A DNA stretch of 63,605 nucleotides, counting the filler, from Cercozoa sp. M6MM (lineage: Eukaryota > Protista > Endomyxa: Ascetosporea): assembly GCA_040357565.1 (NCBI GenBank). It is 13 parts of 13 records of this genome, joined end to end, with 100 filler letters (N's around TTAATTAATTAA, not from the genome) between each part and the next. Parts side by side here need not be neighbours in the genome. Positions count along the whole stretch, not along the records: positions 22,955 to 36,387 come from JBDODJ010000357.1; 12 more parts are not named here. One strand, written 5' to 3'. Shown in pieces: positions 24,660 through 36,487 of the stretch. Made by a program: the position numbers and the translations under genes. Below the pieces are notes generated by a model. The model saw only the letters and a list, made by a program, of their open reading frames with translations. It ran no database searches and was not told the DNA's origin. Each line of letters opens with the position of its first letter. The first letter of the stretch is position 1.

Positions 24660-26200
24660 GTATTACAGTAGATGCAATGTTGCACCGCAGAGGGCATTTT
24701 AAAATACAATATTCCACTGCAGAAGATCGTCTGCGCGCGTGATTTTTGTTTGCGTCCGAATTTCTGTGGGATACAGACAGTACTGGTGCTGCAAGATGTC
24801 GCGCATTTCTGTCATGATGTCTGTTGCCTGTTCAAAGTCAACTGCCACTTGTGTAACGCCACCGATTTTGAATAGCTTTTCAGGCTCAATTGTTATCGAA
24901 GGCAACTGCTTGGATTCGTGGTTCGAGCTGAACTGGAAGCTTCTCGCCTGTGCTCGGAGTTTGAGTACAACCTCTCTTGCTAAGAGCTCGGCAATCGCCG
25001 TCAGCACCCTTGTTCTACTCAGCAATGTTGCAAGGGGTACCGAAACATGTACCAGGGTACTCACTGGATGTATCACTGTGCTGTAACTGTATAGTCACCT
25101 GCATGGTTGAAAGTTGTCTGCGAGTGGTCCAAAATGATCCAGCGTGAGACGAACACGATTTGCGAATGAAGCTGCGCCGCACAGGTAGCACAGGTCTTGG
25201 TACAGTGTCGCAGTGCCGCGTTGCTCGACTGCATAGGCAGGTATTACGATCACAACCGCCTCTCTACTATTTTGATCGAACATTTTGCTCTTGTTGGTCT
25301 CGCTTAGAAATGCTGTGACACTGTCGCAATTTGCAGGTGTCACAACTTCGTAAGCCTTCCAGAATTCCTCATTGTATATGAAGATGAGTGATATTTACAG
25401 TTCGGTTGGTATCTCGCGTGTCAACACAAGTTTCGTCATGGTTCGGTCGCTCTGGTACTGGGCACCAAACACAGTACGACCAAGTTTCGCATCGTCGAGC
25501 AACTGAAGCACAAGGTTGAACAGCATGAGTTTAGTCAGGTCTAGTTTCGCAGAGTGTGAAGCGTTTGACACATGTATCTACCTCAGTTTGTCGAAGCCAT
25601 GTTGGTGCGATCAGCAAATCTGAGAGTTGAAGAGGTACGAAGGCTCCAGAATTCGAACTCTCCTCGGTCTGCATGTCGCTCATTTTCTTTCAGCTGATAC
25701 GAGGCCACTTTGAAGCAGTTCCCTCAAACGAACACAACGGCAATGATGACCAGTGTCAAGTCGTCGGACAACCAAACCGAAAGTCCGAAAACAATGAAAC
25801 TGCCCCGTCTTTTGACAATCACTCTTTGCACATCGGAACCTTTCTTTGCCCTCTTGCTCGGAAATCGGCCGTATGATGCGCAAAATGAAGCCCACCTCGT
25901 TATTAACTTGTTGGTCAACCGGTGTGATTGTCGGAAGGAAAGCTACTAAGCTCGCAACAGATCTATTGTTATTTAGTTGAGGTCTGTTCAACGTTTCTCG
26001 CGATTGTAAGCAGCTGCTCATTCTTCGGCATCGCACAGACATTTTTTAAACAATTTAGAGCACGATGCTCCAGGCAGTTGGCACATTCACATTTAAATGC
26101 CCGCTTGAACACACCAAATTCCAGTTTAAAATGCCAATGTGATTTGTGACCTAACTGCCAGGCTTCGTGCTCTATATTGTCAGTGTTGAGTTTGAAGGCC
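24660..26200 (-). CDS. Multi-exon hypothetical protein
   Basis: Several long minus-strand open segments with protein-like composition (LTAIAELLAREVVLKL; IYNEEFWKAYEVV). No family recognised. Confidence 0.3.
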
Positions 26201-26303
26201 GAAGTCCGAGCAAAGGAAGCGTGGCAAAACGCCAAAAGTCTCTCTCTCTCTCTCTCCCTCTCTCTCCAATAAAGTGGATCTACACTCTACAGCACCCAAC
26301 GAC

Positions 26304-28297
26304 ATGCTGAGCGTGCTAGCAGTGTGCGCATGCCTGGCATCGTGCGCGTAAATTTATGTGGAAATCGCAACAAAGTACGGTGACTCACTTGTGTTTTTGA
26401 CAGCCACGCCTCGGAGTCGGTGCGCGTGCAGTTGCCCGTCCGCGCAGCGGGTTCGCTGAGTGGTGCACCATTGACTTTGGACGGCGCTTTTGAGAACCTC
26501 AAGCAAGAGCTGCTTCGCTGGTGGCGGCATTCGACAGTGTACAGATTGTCTTTCGCTTGACTTTGGACGGCGCTTTTCGGGACAGTAGGTTCCGTATATT
26601 AAGCAGTGGCGCCGTGCGAGATATCGATGAGGTGGCGTTCTTCAAAGCCAGCATGCTCCCAGAGCAACGCTGCGCAGTGGAAGTGCTACTGGCGAAGGAC
26701 GTGAAGGTGGTCTGCATAAAGAAGATGTCGAAGAAGTAGGTGAACAATGTAAACATGTTCGGTAGGTGCTTGGGGCAATGCCTCTGAAAAACAGGGAATA
26801 CGCAGCTTTGACTCTGAATGTGAGCAACGTCGACGGGATGCAAGAACATATGCAGAGAGCGCTCGATGTGCTCCTGTCTCGCCTTGCAGGGACAACTCTC
26901 GTGTTGGCCTCAATTGTAGGACCTCTTTTGCAGTTTAATACAAAACAATACGACGAGTAAACAACCCTTGTAGCCGCTGGAGTACAGACCAGACGAAAAG
27001 CTGCTGGACGACCTTCTACAGTTCCTGCAGGCCAAAAAGAAAACTGAGAATTCACTGCTCAGCGAAGGTCCGCAAGTGAGCGACATTGCGGCCGTCAGTG
27101 AGAAGGGCGAAGTCAGTTTTCTCTCACTCAGCAACTACGCTAGCGGCAACGACATGTCACTCGCCATGCCACTCGGCGATGAGCCTTCCAAAGACACTGA
27201 GGACTACCCTGATGCACACACGGAAATCTTGCCCGCAGCAGAGTGCGGGAGTTCGCGTCGTACGACGCCTCCTACAGACTCGAGCAGGTGGCAACTAGTC
27301 CCGAACGCGCGCGAGTTTGCGAGGGTACACCCCTGCTGTATCAAGCTTTCAGCCTGATGCGATTGAGGGAACGCAACCTGTTGGCGTGTGTGTGTTGCAG
27401 AGACACGCATCCCTGTCGTACCAACAGAAGCTACAGCTGTGGTACCAGCACGTGCATGACACCTTGCTGCAGATCGACCCAAAAACGGTACGTATACACG
27501 ATAAACACTGAAACCTGAGTGTGCCACATGCCTCCTCACTCCGTCAGAACCTTGAGGTGTTCAATCGTGTGGCATTGATGCAAGTGAGACGACCTGAGTT
27601 TGACTAAATTTAGCTGTCGTCATACTACTGTACTGTACAGATCATGTAGTCGGTTTCTTAGCAAACTCGACTAAATGACAAAAATGTCTCGTCTAGGAGT
27701 GACCTGGCAGTGAGTTGAGTCGAAAGATGTGTACAGAAGTAGTACTGCCTACGGTAGACTGCCGCAGCATTTGGACACAGTTCAGTTCAGTGTACTCAAA
27801 AACCAACGACAAATTGAGGTCCCAGTATTGTACTAGTTCCACCCCGCATTGCCTTGTGTTTGTACTTAATGTTGAATGCTTGCAGGAGTGCACTCGAGGA
27901 TCAGTTGCATGGCATGACACAGATGCAGCGCACGTGGGCGCAACTCTGTCTGCCTGGCGATGATGACTACGTGCCCGCTCATTCTTTGGCACGTGTGCTT
28001 GTGGCACAAGCCAACTACATTGATGCCTTTCGCGCCGCCGATGCGCCGGACAAGTGGCATTGGATCCTGCACTTCCTCATTCTTCGTGGTGTTCCGTTTG
28101 ATCTCAATCAAGATGGGCGCTCCGATGGCGTACCGCACTTGAGCCGTGCGTGTTCCCTGGTCAAGGAGGAGCTGACTGCGGCCATGAGTTTGCTGATGGA
28201 GTATGCTTCTCTTGACGTGGCCTCTTGCGTGCTAGCCTACGCTGTCGACATTAATTTGTCTAGCCTGCGATTGCCAGACCTCTACCATAGTCTTTAA
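26304..28297 (+). CDS. Hypothetical protein(s) with a signal-peptide-like start; possibly disrupted
   Basis: MLSVLAVCACLA start; long terminal exon 27886-28297 (WHWILHFLILRG..EYASLDVASCVLAY). Frame change near 26510. Confidence 0.35.
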
Positions 28298-29276
28298 GTA
28301 TAGCCACGGTGTGAAACTGCAATTTTCAGTTCGACACACTAGCAACTGGCAAGTTCTTTCGCTAGTCTTCAGTTCTTAATCACAGCCGTTAGGACATACA
28401 TAAATTCAAAGTGTACAACGAGCTCGACCACATCTGAAAGTCACAGTTTCACGGGTGCAGGGCTGAATCAGCACCGACAGCTTCATTAGTACGTACTGTA
28501 CAGTAAGCACACACTAACGCCGTACAAAAGCAGTAAAACAGCCCACAAATGGCGGAGACACTGGGACATGGCTATTTGGGTGTGAAGCAACTCGCCTGCA
28601 GAGTCCCTATTTAGAGCTGCAGACAGCACCAGTACACACTAATATTAGGTGGCATTACGATAAGTGCACTAAAATTTGCTGGTATGTAGTGTGTTGCGAT
28701 TTGGAGCGGCGAGAAGCGTGGCGCCCAGTGTCTCGAGTGTCTGGCGGCGTGATCGCTCGCTCAAACTTTCGCGCACTGAGGCGACTCCGGGCTGCTCTGA
28801 TCGCCGCGCTGAGTGCATCAGAGACCGTGGTGCAGTAGACTGCACGCGGAATTGTGTGTGTCACGTGGCCTAGTGGCCAGCACAGCGAGAAATCAACGGT
28901 GCAAGTGTGCCAGAAACCGCCGTTCTGAGTTTCGGTCAGAACCTCAGAATACGCCCCAAACACTGACTAGACTAGTGTTGAGACACTGCTACTGACTGTG
29001 CTAAGTACTAGAACACAAGCGCCGACCGCGAGCATCGCGAGGAGCGGTGCTTGTTTTTGTTGTCTCGAGTGTTTGTTGTCTCGTGTGTTCTGTCTGTGTG
29101 TGTGTCCTTTGAGTGTGGCAAGGCATTAGTTTTCTGTGCTGTGCTTGTGCAGAACAAAGTGAAACAAAGCAAGAACACTCTCCGCTGAACTGGTACTACC
29201 TCTACTACTCTGTGCTTGTGCGAGTGAGTGCTTGTGTTGTGGTATGTTGGTTTTGACACAGAGAGAAACAACGACA

Positions 29277-32200
29277 ATGGAACTTCCCAACGCCGACCCA
29301 CGGGGTCTCGATGAACGAGACCGATCGGCACTGCTGCGCTACTGCAAGGGTACTACTGCACACTAAACCAAAGAGGTGTAACGCACGCTCACACATGTGT
29401 CTATGGGTATGTGCATATGTCTGTGTGTTTATGGTAGCGCAAGACACGTGGTGCATCGTCAAAGCACCAAATGTACGACTGGCGCAACAGACCGCCAGCA
29501 GGTACCTTGTGTGTTTTTGATTATGTCTGTGTCTGTCTGTACTGTGCGTACTGTGTGTGTACTGTGTGTCTTGTATGTGTCTGTATGCATACATTGTGTG
29601 TGGTCTGATCAGAAAGCACAACGCGCGCTACATGCGTGCGGAAAGTGCTCTTACAAAATCAGCCGACGAGGCCGCCATGCGAGCACACTGGATAGAAATT
29701 GAGCGCGTCACTGAGAAGTGGTACTGCCTGTACATATATTTATGTCTATATATGCGTGTGTGTATGTACATTAACATGTGTGTGGATAGGCAGCGTGACT
29801 TGGCTCAAGCAGGCACGAGGGCCTCCAACTCACTGCTTTTTGAGTTGGAGGCCACCAAGACCGTGCAGCAGGTGGCCGGTGCTGACTTGGGGTGCCCTGA
29901 CTCTCTGTCATTTGTGTGTGTATATGTGTGTGTGTTATCTGTTGTGTGTATGTGTGTGGGTGTGTGTGGATGACACAGGCAGCACACAGTAAGCCCAGTG
30001 GGCACTGTTCCTGTGCTGCCCACGAGCATCTTGCCGCAAGGTGATCTCTGCTCGCAATTGGCCTACCTCGAACGGCAGGTAGCTTTCTCCCTCTTCCTTC
30101 CACACTTGTCAGGCCTAGGTAGTGTGTATTGTGCTGTGTGCCTGCAATAGAAAGAGTTGCCGGTCGAAGCGGTCAAGTTGTGCCCCACTGCTGCTGCTGT
30201 TGGTGCCAACACTGACACCGCCATCGTGGTGGAGCGAGTGCGTGGCTGTTCGCTGGGGCAGTTGTTGGAGAACACTGCTCCCTTTGGTACCCTTGCTCTC
30301 TGCAATGCATATGTGTGTGTGCACATTTGCATGTATCATGTGTCTCTGTATTTTATGTACGGCACAGGGCACGAGCACGAGTTGCGACAGGCCGCACGAG
30401 CCACAGTGTCCTTGTTGACGCCACTGTGCCGACTACTAACACGTCTTCACAAGCGCGGCATTCTTCACAATGATTTATCGCCAGGCAATCTCATGTTCTC
30501 GTCGAACGACACTGCGGTCTGCGAGCAAATCGAGGCGTGTGCCTCACTTGGCGAAATGTACGACCTTTTCGATAAGGTATCACGTGTCTGTCTGTGCACA
30601 TGTGTGCTCAAACATGTTATGTCTGTTGCAGGTCGAACTAGGCAGCGTGTACGCTGTGCTGATTGACTACGGCGAGGCGTCACTGCAAGGATGCTCGCGG
30701 TTGCACCCCAAGGTAGTCCTGGTCTGTTTCTGTCTGTCCATGTGTATCTGCTTCGTGTCTCGGCAGGGTTGTCCGGTAGCATCTACGTTGGCCTCGCACT
30801 CCACGTGTGCTCGGCTTTTTGTGCGACAGCTGCGGCAGGCGCGTTTACTCCATGAGTAGCACACTCCCTCTTCTTTGTGTGCTCTGTGTGTATACTGTAT
30901 GCATGTATGTTGTGTGTGTGCCCTGTGTGTACACATGTATGTACTTTGCTTGTGTGCATGTGCAGCACTTCGCATGAGCAGGCACTGTTGAAGGTGCTGC
31001 AACAACTGTGTCGACCGACGTCGCCGCACTCGCAACTACTCTGTGCCCTTACCTTCTCCTATGCCTTTTGTGTCTTGTGTGTGCGTATGTTTGTGTGTGT
31101 GTGTGTGGTGATACAGGTTTCACCCAAGGTTACAGTGCACCCGAGGCAGCAACACTCGGCATGCGATCTGCCTTATCGGACTCCTTCTCGTTGGGTACAT
31201 TGCATTGCTGGTCTGTGGGGTGTGTGGGTATGGGTGTGAGTGTGTGTACTGAGTATATATGTATATATGTGGACCAATGGTGCAGGCGCGATCATGCGCT
31301 CGATGATGTTTGGCGTGTGGGGCCACGACTGCGGCGACTATGTCAAGATGGGCCGCCAGGGTACTGCCTCAGTCTACCATGTGTGTCGCATACCATGTAC
31401 GTGCATCTGTGTGGCAGACACCGAGGTCGCTCAACTCGAGCGGTGCCAGAGCCTGCAGTTGCCGATGTGGGCTCGCCTCCTCCACGTGGACGGCGCCACC
31501 TCTTCGATCGAGGAGGAAGTGCCTGCTGTACCTTCTTCCATATGTCGATACACAGATGCCTACTTGTGTTGTGTTTCTGTGATGTCTGGTCTGGTGTAGC
31601 TGCCACCATCGTGGCTGTGGTATGACTGCATTCCAGGCGACACTCTGGCACTGCTGCAGCGACGTGCCCCTGACCTCTTGCGAGTGCTGGATGCGCTGCT
31701 GGACCCGCGGCCTCTGTGTCGAGGCACTGTCGCTGAGACGATGGACCAGTTCGCCTGGTGTGTCTCTGTCTGTAGTTGTAATAGGTGATTGTTGTTATTG
31801 TTGATTGTGCAGTGCACTGTGGCGCGAGGACTCTGTCGCTGAGACAGTCGAAACATTGGACAGCGGTAAGGTTATCATTGGTTGGTGGCATATGTTCTGG
31901 CACCAGTTTCACTGGCCAGGTTGTACAGTGTCAGGGCACACGGTGGATTTGGACGACTTGTTCGCTCTGCCTGCTGCAGAAAGCAACGACGACCTCCAAG
32001 ATGGTACTACAGTATACCTGTGTGTGCAGCTGTGTGTGTGCGTGTGTGTGTGTGTGTGCTGGCGCGCGCGCGTGTGTGTGTGTCTACATGATTGCTTATT
32101 TCAGGAATCACAGTGGATCTGGACGTTCTCTTCTCCCTGCCCAATGTCGGCACGATCGACGACCCTCAAGTTGGTACCACATCCCTGTTGTGTCTCTATG

Positions 32201-33262
32201 TGTGAAGGAGTCAAGATCCTTGCGAACATACCTTCAGGGGAAGAAGTGGATTTGGACGATCTGTTTGCGCCTGTGGTCGACAACAACGACGACGTCTTCG
32301 TTGGTACCGACAGTACCTGTTCTATGTTTCTGCATGGTATGTGTGCGTGTCTGTTTGACAATGTCACAGCACCCGAATGGACTGACGAAAACAATCCACG
32401 TTGTCGAGAGGCTTCCTGTTCGGTCATCTCTGGTATATGCACAATCATATGTTTAGTCACTTGATGTGTGATGTGTGTGTGTGTGCGTGTGTGTGTGTGT
32501 GCGTGCGTGTGTGTGTATGTGTGATGTGACAGAACCATATGGCACTGGCGTTGCTTACAAGGTACAGCACTCACTCTCAAGTACATTCTCCCTCTCGCTG
32601 ACTGCTTGTGTGCCTGGTCTAGTTCGATGTCTCCGAGAGTGCGACGCAGTGGAGTGTCGCTGCCTCAATCCTAGGTACAATCATAGTCGTCTTCGCTTTT
32701 GTTGACGCTCTTTAATTCCACCTGCGTTGTACTCTCGTTCCGTGGTTGGACTGCACAGACAACCGAAGGAACACTGCCTGTGGCAAGGTCGTTGCCGAGC
32801 ATGATGTCATCTCTGGCTATCCCTGGGCAAACGAGGACCTTCCAGTGGGTACAGTACTTTGTCAGGTCAACTGGGGTGTGCTGTGTATGTAAACTGTGCT
32901 GGTTGCTTGGCAGGCCCACAAGACCCAGAGCCCGCGGTACAGAACAACGAAAACGGTGGACATAGTGGCGGTGGACTTGAGGTAGTACAGTTTACTTCAT
33001 TGCCATGTCTGTGTGTGTTTCATTCTCCTGGGTGTTTATCAAAACAGAGAAACGACGACAGTGTGCAACTGAATCCCCAGTGGCGGCAGTCTAAGTTTAC
33101 TCCAAGACAATACGACATTACTCCGCCGTATCTACAATATGCGGGTACCGCTGTGTTCCGTTGGTCTTTTCGTTTTTTCGAGTCTAAAATTTACTCTGTT
33201 ACACAGAGCTGATATGGCCGGCGCTCGACGTTCGACGGTTTCGTGTCTTGACGCTCCCATGA
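29277..33262 (+). CDS. Atypical Ser/Thr protein kinase with large inserts and a C-terminal acidic repeat region (>20 exons)
   Basis: WCIVK (beta3), LLFELEA (alphaC), AIVVERVRGCSL (V), LHKRGILHNDLSPGNLMF (VIb), AVLIDYGEA (VII), FTQGYSAPE (VIII), SDSFSLG (IX), LDPRPLCR (XI). Confidence 0.85.
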
Positions 33263-33589
33263 ATAGTCTACGCTTGATGGACAGAGTTTGCGACCACACT
33301 ATGCTAACCGCTACGCTACGCATAACGTATAGGCACCACAGATACTTAACCTCTCGTGCTTTAGTCGTGATATAATACTGTACACTTTGCCGCTGAGCCA
33401 GTCGGCGTCATTGAACCAACGCACTTCGTTTTTTTAGTCAAAACGTTGAACACGATAGAGTTGCAGGGTCCATCGTAGATCCGCGCTTAAGGGGTTACAC
33501 TGACACAGGGCGCTGCAGACTTTGCGACGGGAGGCCGACGTGACTGTCTATACTGGACAAACTGGCAGATCTGGAGTCTTTGTCGTCAT

Positions 33590-34272
33590 GGTCTTCGTCC
33601 ACCAGGTACTTCCAGTACTGCTCGAGGTGCCTCATTGCTGCTCATCGCAGCATCAGATGCAAGACCAAACTGCGCCAACCGGGGACATACTAGCGCATGA
33701 GGAGTACACAGGGACACGCGAAAGGCCTCAGGGTCTTGTCGTGCGACTTTGAGCAGATCCAGGCTCAGGTTTCGCCTGGTTCGGTGCATGCACCGCCTGT
33801 CTATCGCAATGCAGAGGCCAGCCTGCCGCCGGAGTAGCTGCTCGTTCAAGCCTGCCACAGCAGCTGTTGCTTCTTCTGCAACACGCGAACAGCAACGAGC
33901 CAGGTATCTATGGATGCTTTGCGCCAGTACGACTGAGCTCACCAAGAAAAAGCAGCCACCTACGCATGGTACATTATTTAAACGTAGGGAGCCCAGACAG
34001 TTTATTTGAGGTGTAGCTTTTAAAAAAAATGCTTTGTTGCACCTATGGTGAGAAGTGCTCCAACCAGTGCGAGCTTTCGCTCTGTCGGACGGGCAAGGAA
34101 GATGGCAGCAAACCCACACGCAATCATGGCCATGCATATCGTTATTAGCACTGCGCATGCGACAATCCGAATTCACAATACTAAATTTAATACTCAGTCC
34201 ACAAAACTCATCTACATGGACAATAGACTCATTGTACATGGTGCAATCACAAGAAGTGTGCGTCGCCATCCG
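33590..34272 (-). CDS. Small hypothetical membrane protein
   Basis: Spliced MAMIACGFAAIFLA..LALVGALLTI-GGCFFLVSSVVLA hydrophobic segments. Confidence 0.3.
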
Positions 34273-34326
34273 ATGCGTTTAGCGAAAAGATCCGAGCACC
34301 GCTCGCTTAGATTCAAAAAGTCTTCG

Positions 34327-34446
34327 ATGGACACGGCCAGGCAGCACATGACTCCCGAGCTCCTGCGGTTACAAGGCGCCGTACAGCACTACGCCTGGGG
34401 CGTGCCGGCTGAGCGTTATTGGACACACAGTTCAGTTCAGGATTAG
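34327..34446 (+). pseudogene. MPI: Isolated N-terminal fragment of a type I mannose-6-phosphate isomerase
   Basis: LLRLQGAVQHYAWG matches the PMI N-terminal L.RL...VQ.Y.WG motif. No downstream YAELWMGTHP exon is found before the convergent PRP16 stop. Confidence 0.55.
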
Positions 34447-34690
34447 TTCTGGGGTGCCGGGGTGGTCACAAGCGCCAATAGCCCCGCTTGGGTGGGCATT
34501 GAGGACATCCTGACCGTTTTCTTTGAAAGGTGGCCAACTAACTTACGTACGTTGATCGCACTGACGTGGGTCGAGTCTAGTGACAGTACGACACTGGTGT
34601 AGCCTAGTTAGACGTCGGGACAGGTCAGGACTGGCCACAGTCCAAACTGAACCGACGGACACGCCGACTGGACGGATAGAGGGACCGAGA

Positions 34691-36369
34691 TCACAGGCCG
34701 CGTCGCTCCGGCTGACGGCGCTGGCGTCGGCGGAAGGCGGCGGCGCCACTGCTGCTGCTGCTGCTTACGCTGCTGGACTGCACACATACATACATACAGA
34801 CATAAATACATATATACATAGTATATATATATATATATACATACATACATACCTACATACCTACATACATAGACATACATACATGCACAGCTGCATATCC
34901 ACATACACATAGAGATACACATAGAAACGCATACATATACATAAACAGACATACACACCATACTACACATACATACATGCATACATACATGCATGCATAA
35001 AGACATAGATACATAATACATGCATGCATGCATGCATACACACATACATAAATAAAATATACATACATATACATATACGTACATATACATATACATACAT
35101 ATACATATACATACATATACATATACATACATATACATATACATACATATACATACATATACACATACATACATATACATATATACATTATACATACTAC
35201 ATACAAACTAAAGGAGAGAGGGGGTTACCAACGAAGCAGGCGAATTCTTGCCAGTGATCTTCTTCTTCTACNNNNNNNNNNNNNNNNNNNNNNNNNNNNN
35301 NNNNNNNNNNNNNNNNNNNNNNNNNNNNNNNNNNNNNNNNNNNNNNNNNNNNNNNNNNNNNNNNNNNNNNNCACGTACATACATACATACACAGACATAT
35401 AGACATACATATACATACATACATATACATACATACACATAGATACACATACATATACATACATATACATCCATACATACATACATATCCATACATGCAT
35501 CATACATATACATACATACATATACATACACACATATACATACATACATCCATACATACACATACATAAACATAAATACATACATATACATACATCTACA
35601 TATCATACATACAGACATAGACATACACACATACACATACATACATAAACATAGATACACATACATATACATATATACATACACATACGTACACATACAT
35701 ACACACATACATACATATACATATGCATATACATACATATACATACATACATACACATACACATGCGTACATATACATACACATACATACACACATACAT
35801 ACATATACACACATACATATACATACACACACATACATATACATACATACACATACATACACATACATATACATACATACATATACATACACACACACAC
35901 ACCTCGTTGGTGCGACCGGCGCGACCGGCGCGTTGATCCGCCGCCGCACGCGAGATCGGCGTGATCTGCCCAACGGGGGTAAAGGGGGGGGGGGNNNNNN
36001 NNNNNNNNNNNNNNNNNNNNNNNNNNNNNNNNNNNNNNNNNNNNNNNNNNNNNNNNNNNNNNNNNNNNNNNNNNNNNNNNNNNNNNNNNNNNNNAAAGAG
36101 AGGGGTAAAGCCGTACATGCAGCGTCTCCATGCCCATCCGCGGCTGGAACACTCTGCGCACACCAACAACCTTGTCGCACCACAAGAACAATCTTGTTCC
36201 TTCGGTTACTTCAGTTTGCAGAAACCGCTGTCCACGACGTATCGAATGCCTGTGCAGCAAACACACTTGTTCACACGGTGGTTAAGGGGGCCACGAGGGG
36301 GGTCAAATGTACCGTCCACAGTGAGCGACGTTTCTGCAATGTTTGTAGCCACGATACACTTGCGCTCGC
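34691..36369 (-). CDS. DHX38: Spliceosomal DEAH-box helicase Prp16, fragmentary across gaps
   Basis: [62 protein letters not shown]. The terminal RRQPERRGL* resembles the Prp16 C-terminus. Confidence 0.88.
34783..35900. repeat. Long compound (TACA/CATA/CA/TA)n microsatellite introns of PRP16
   Basis: About 950 bp of degenerate ACAT-based repeat on both sides of a short exon and a gap. Confidence 0.95.
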
Positions 36370-36487
36370 CTGCAGAGGGGGGGGGGGNNNNNNNNNNNNN
36401 NNNNNNNNNNNNNNNNNNNNNNNNNNNNNNNTTAATTAATTAANNNNNNNNNNNNNNNNNNNNNNNNNNNNNNNNNNNNNNNNNNNN

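Noticed and set aside
34608-36266. Long ORFs of poly-CV, HT, MYV or ER composition here and throughout the ORF track
   Set aside because: These are translations of intronic microsatellites and N-runs.
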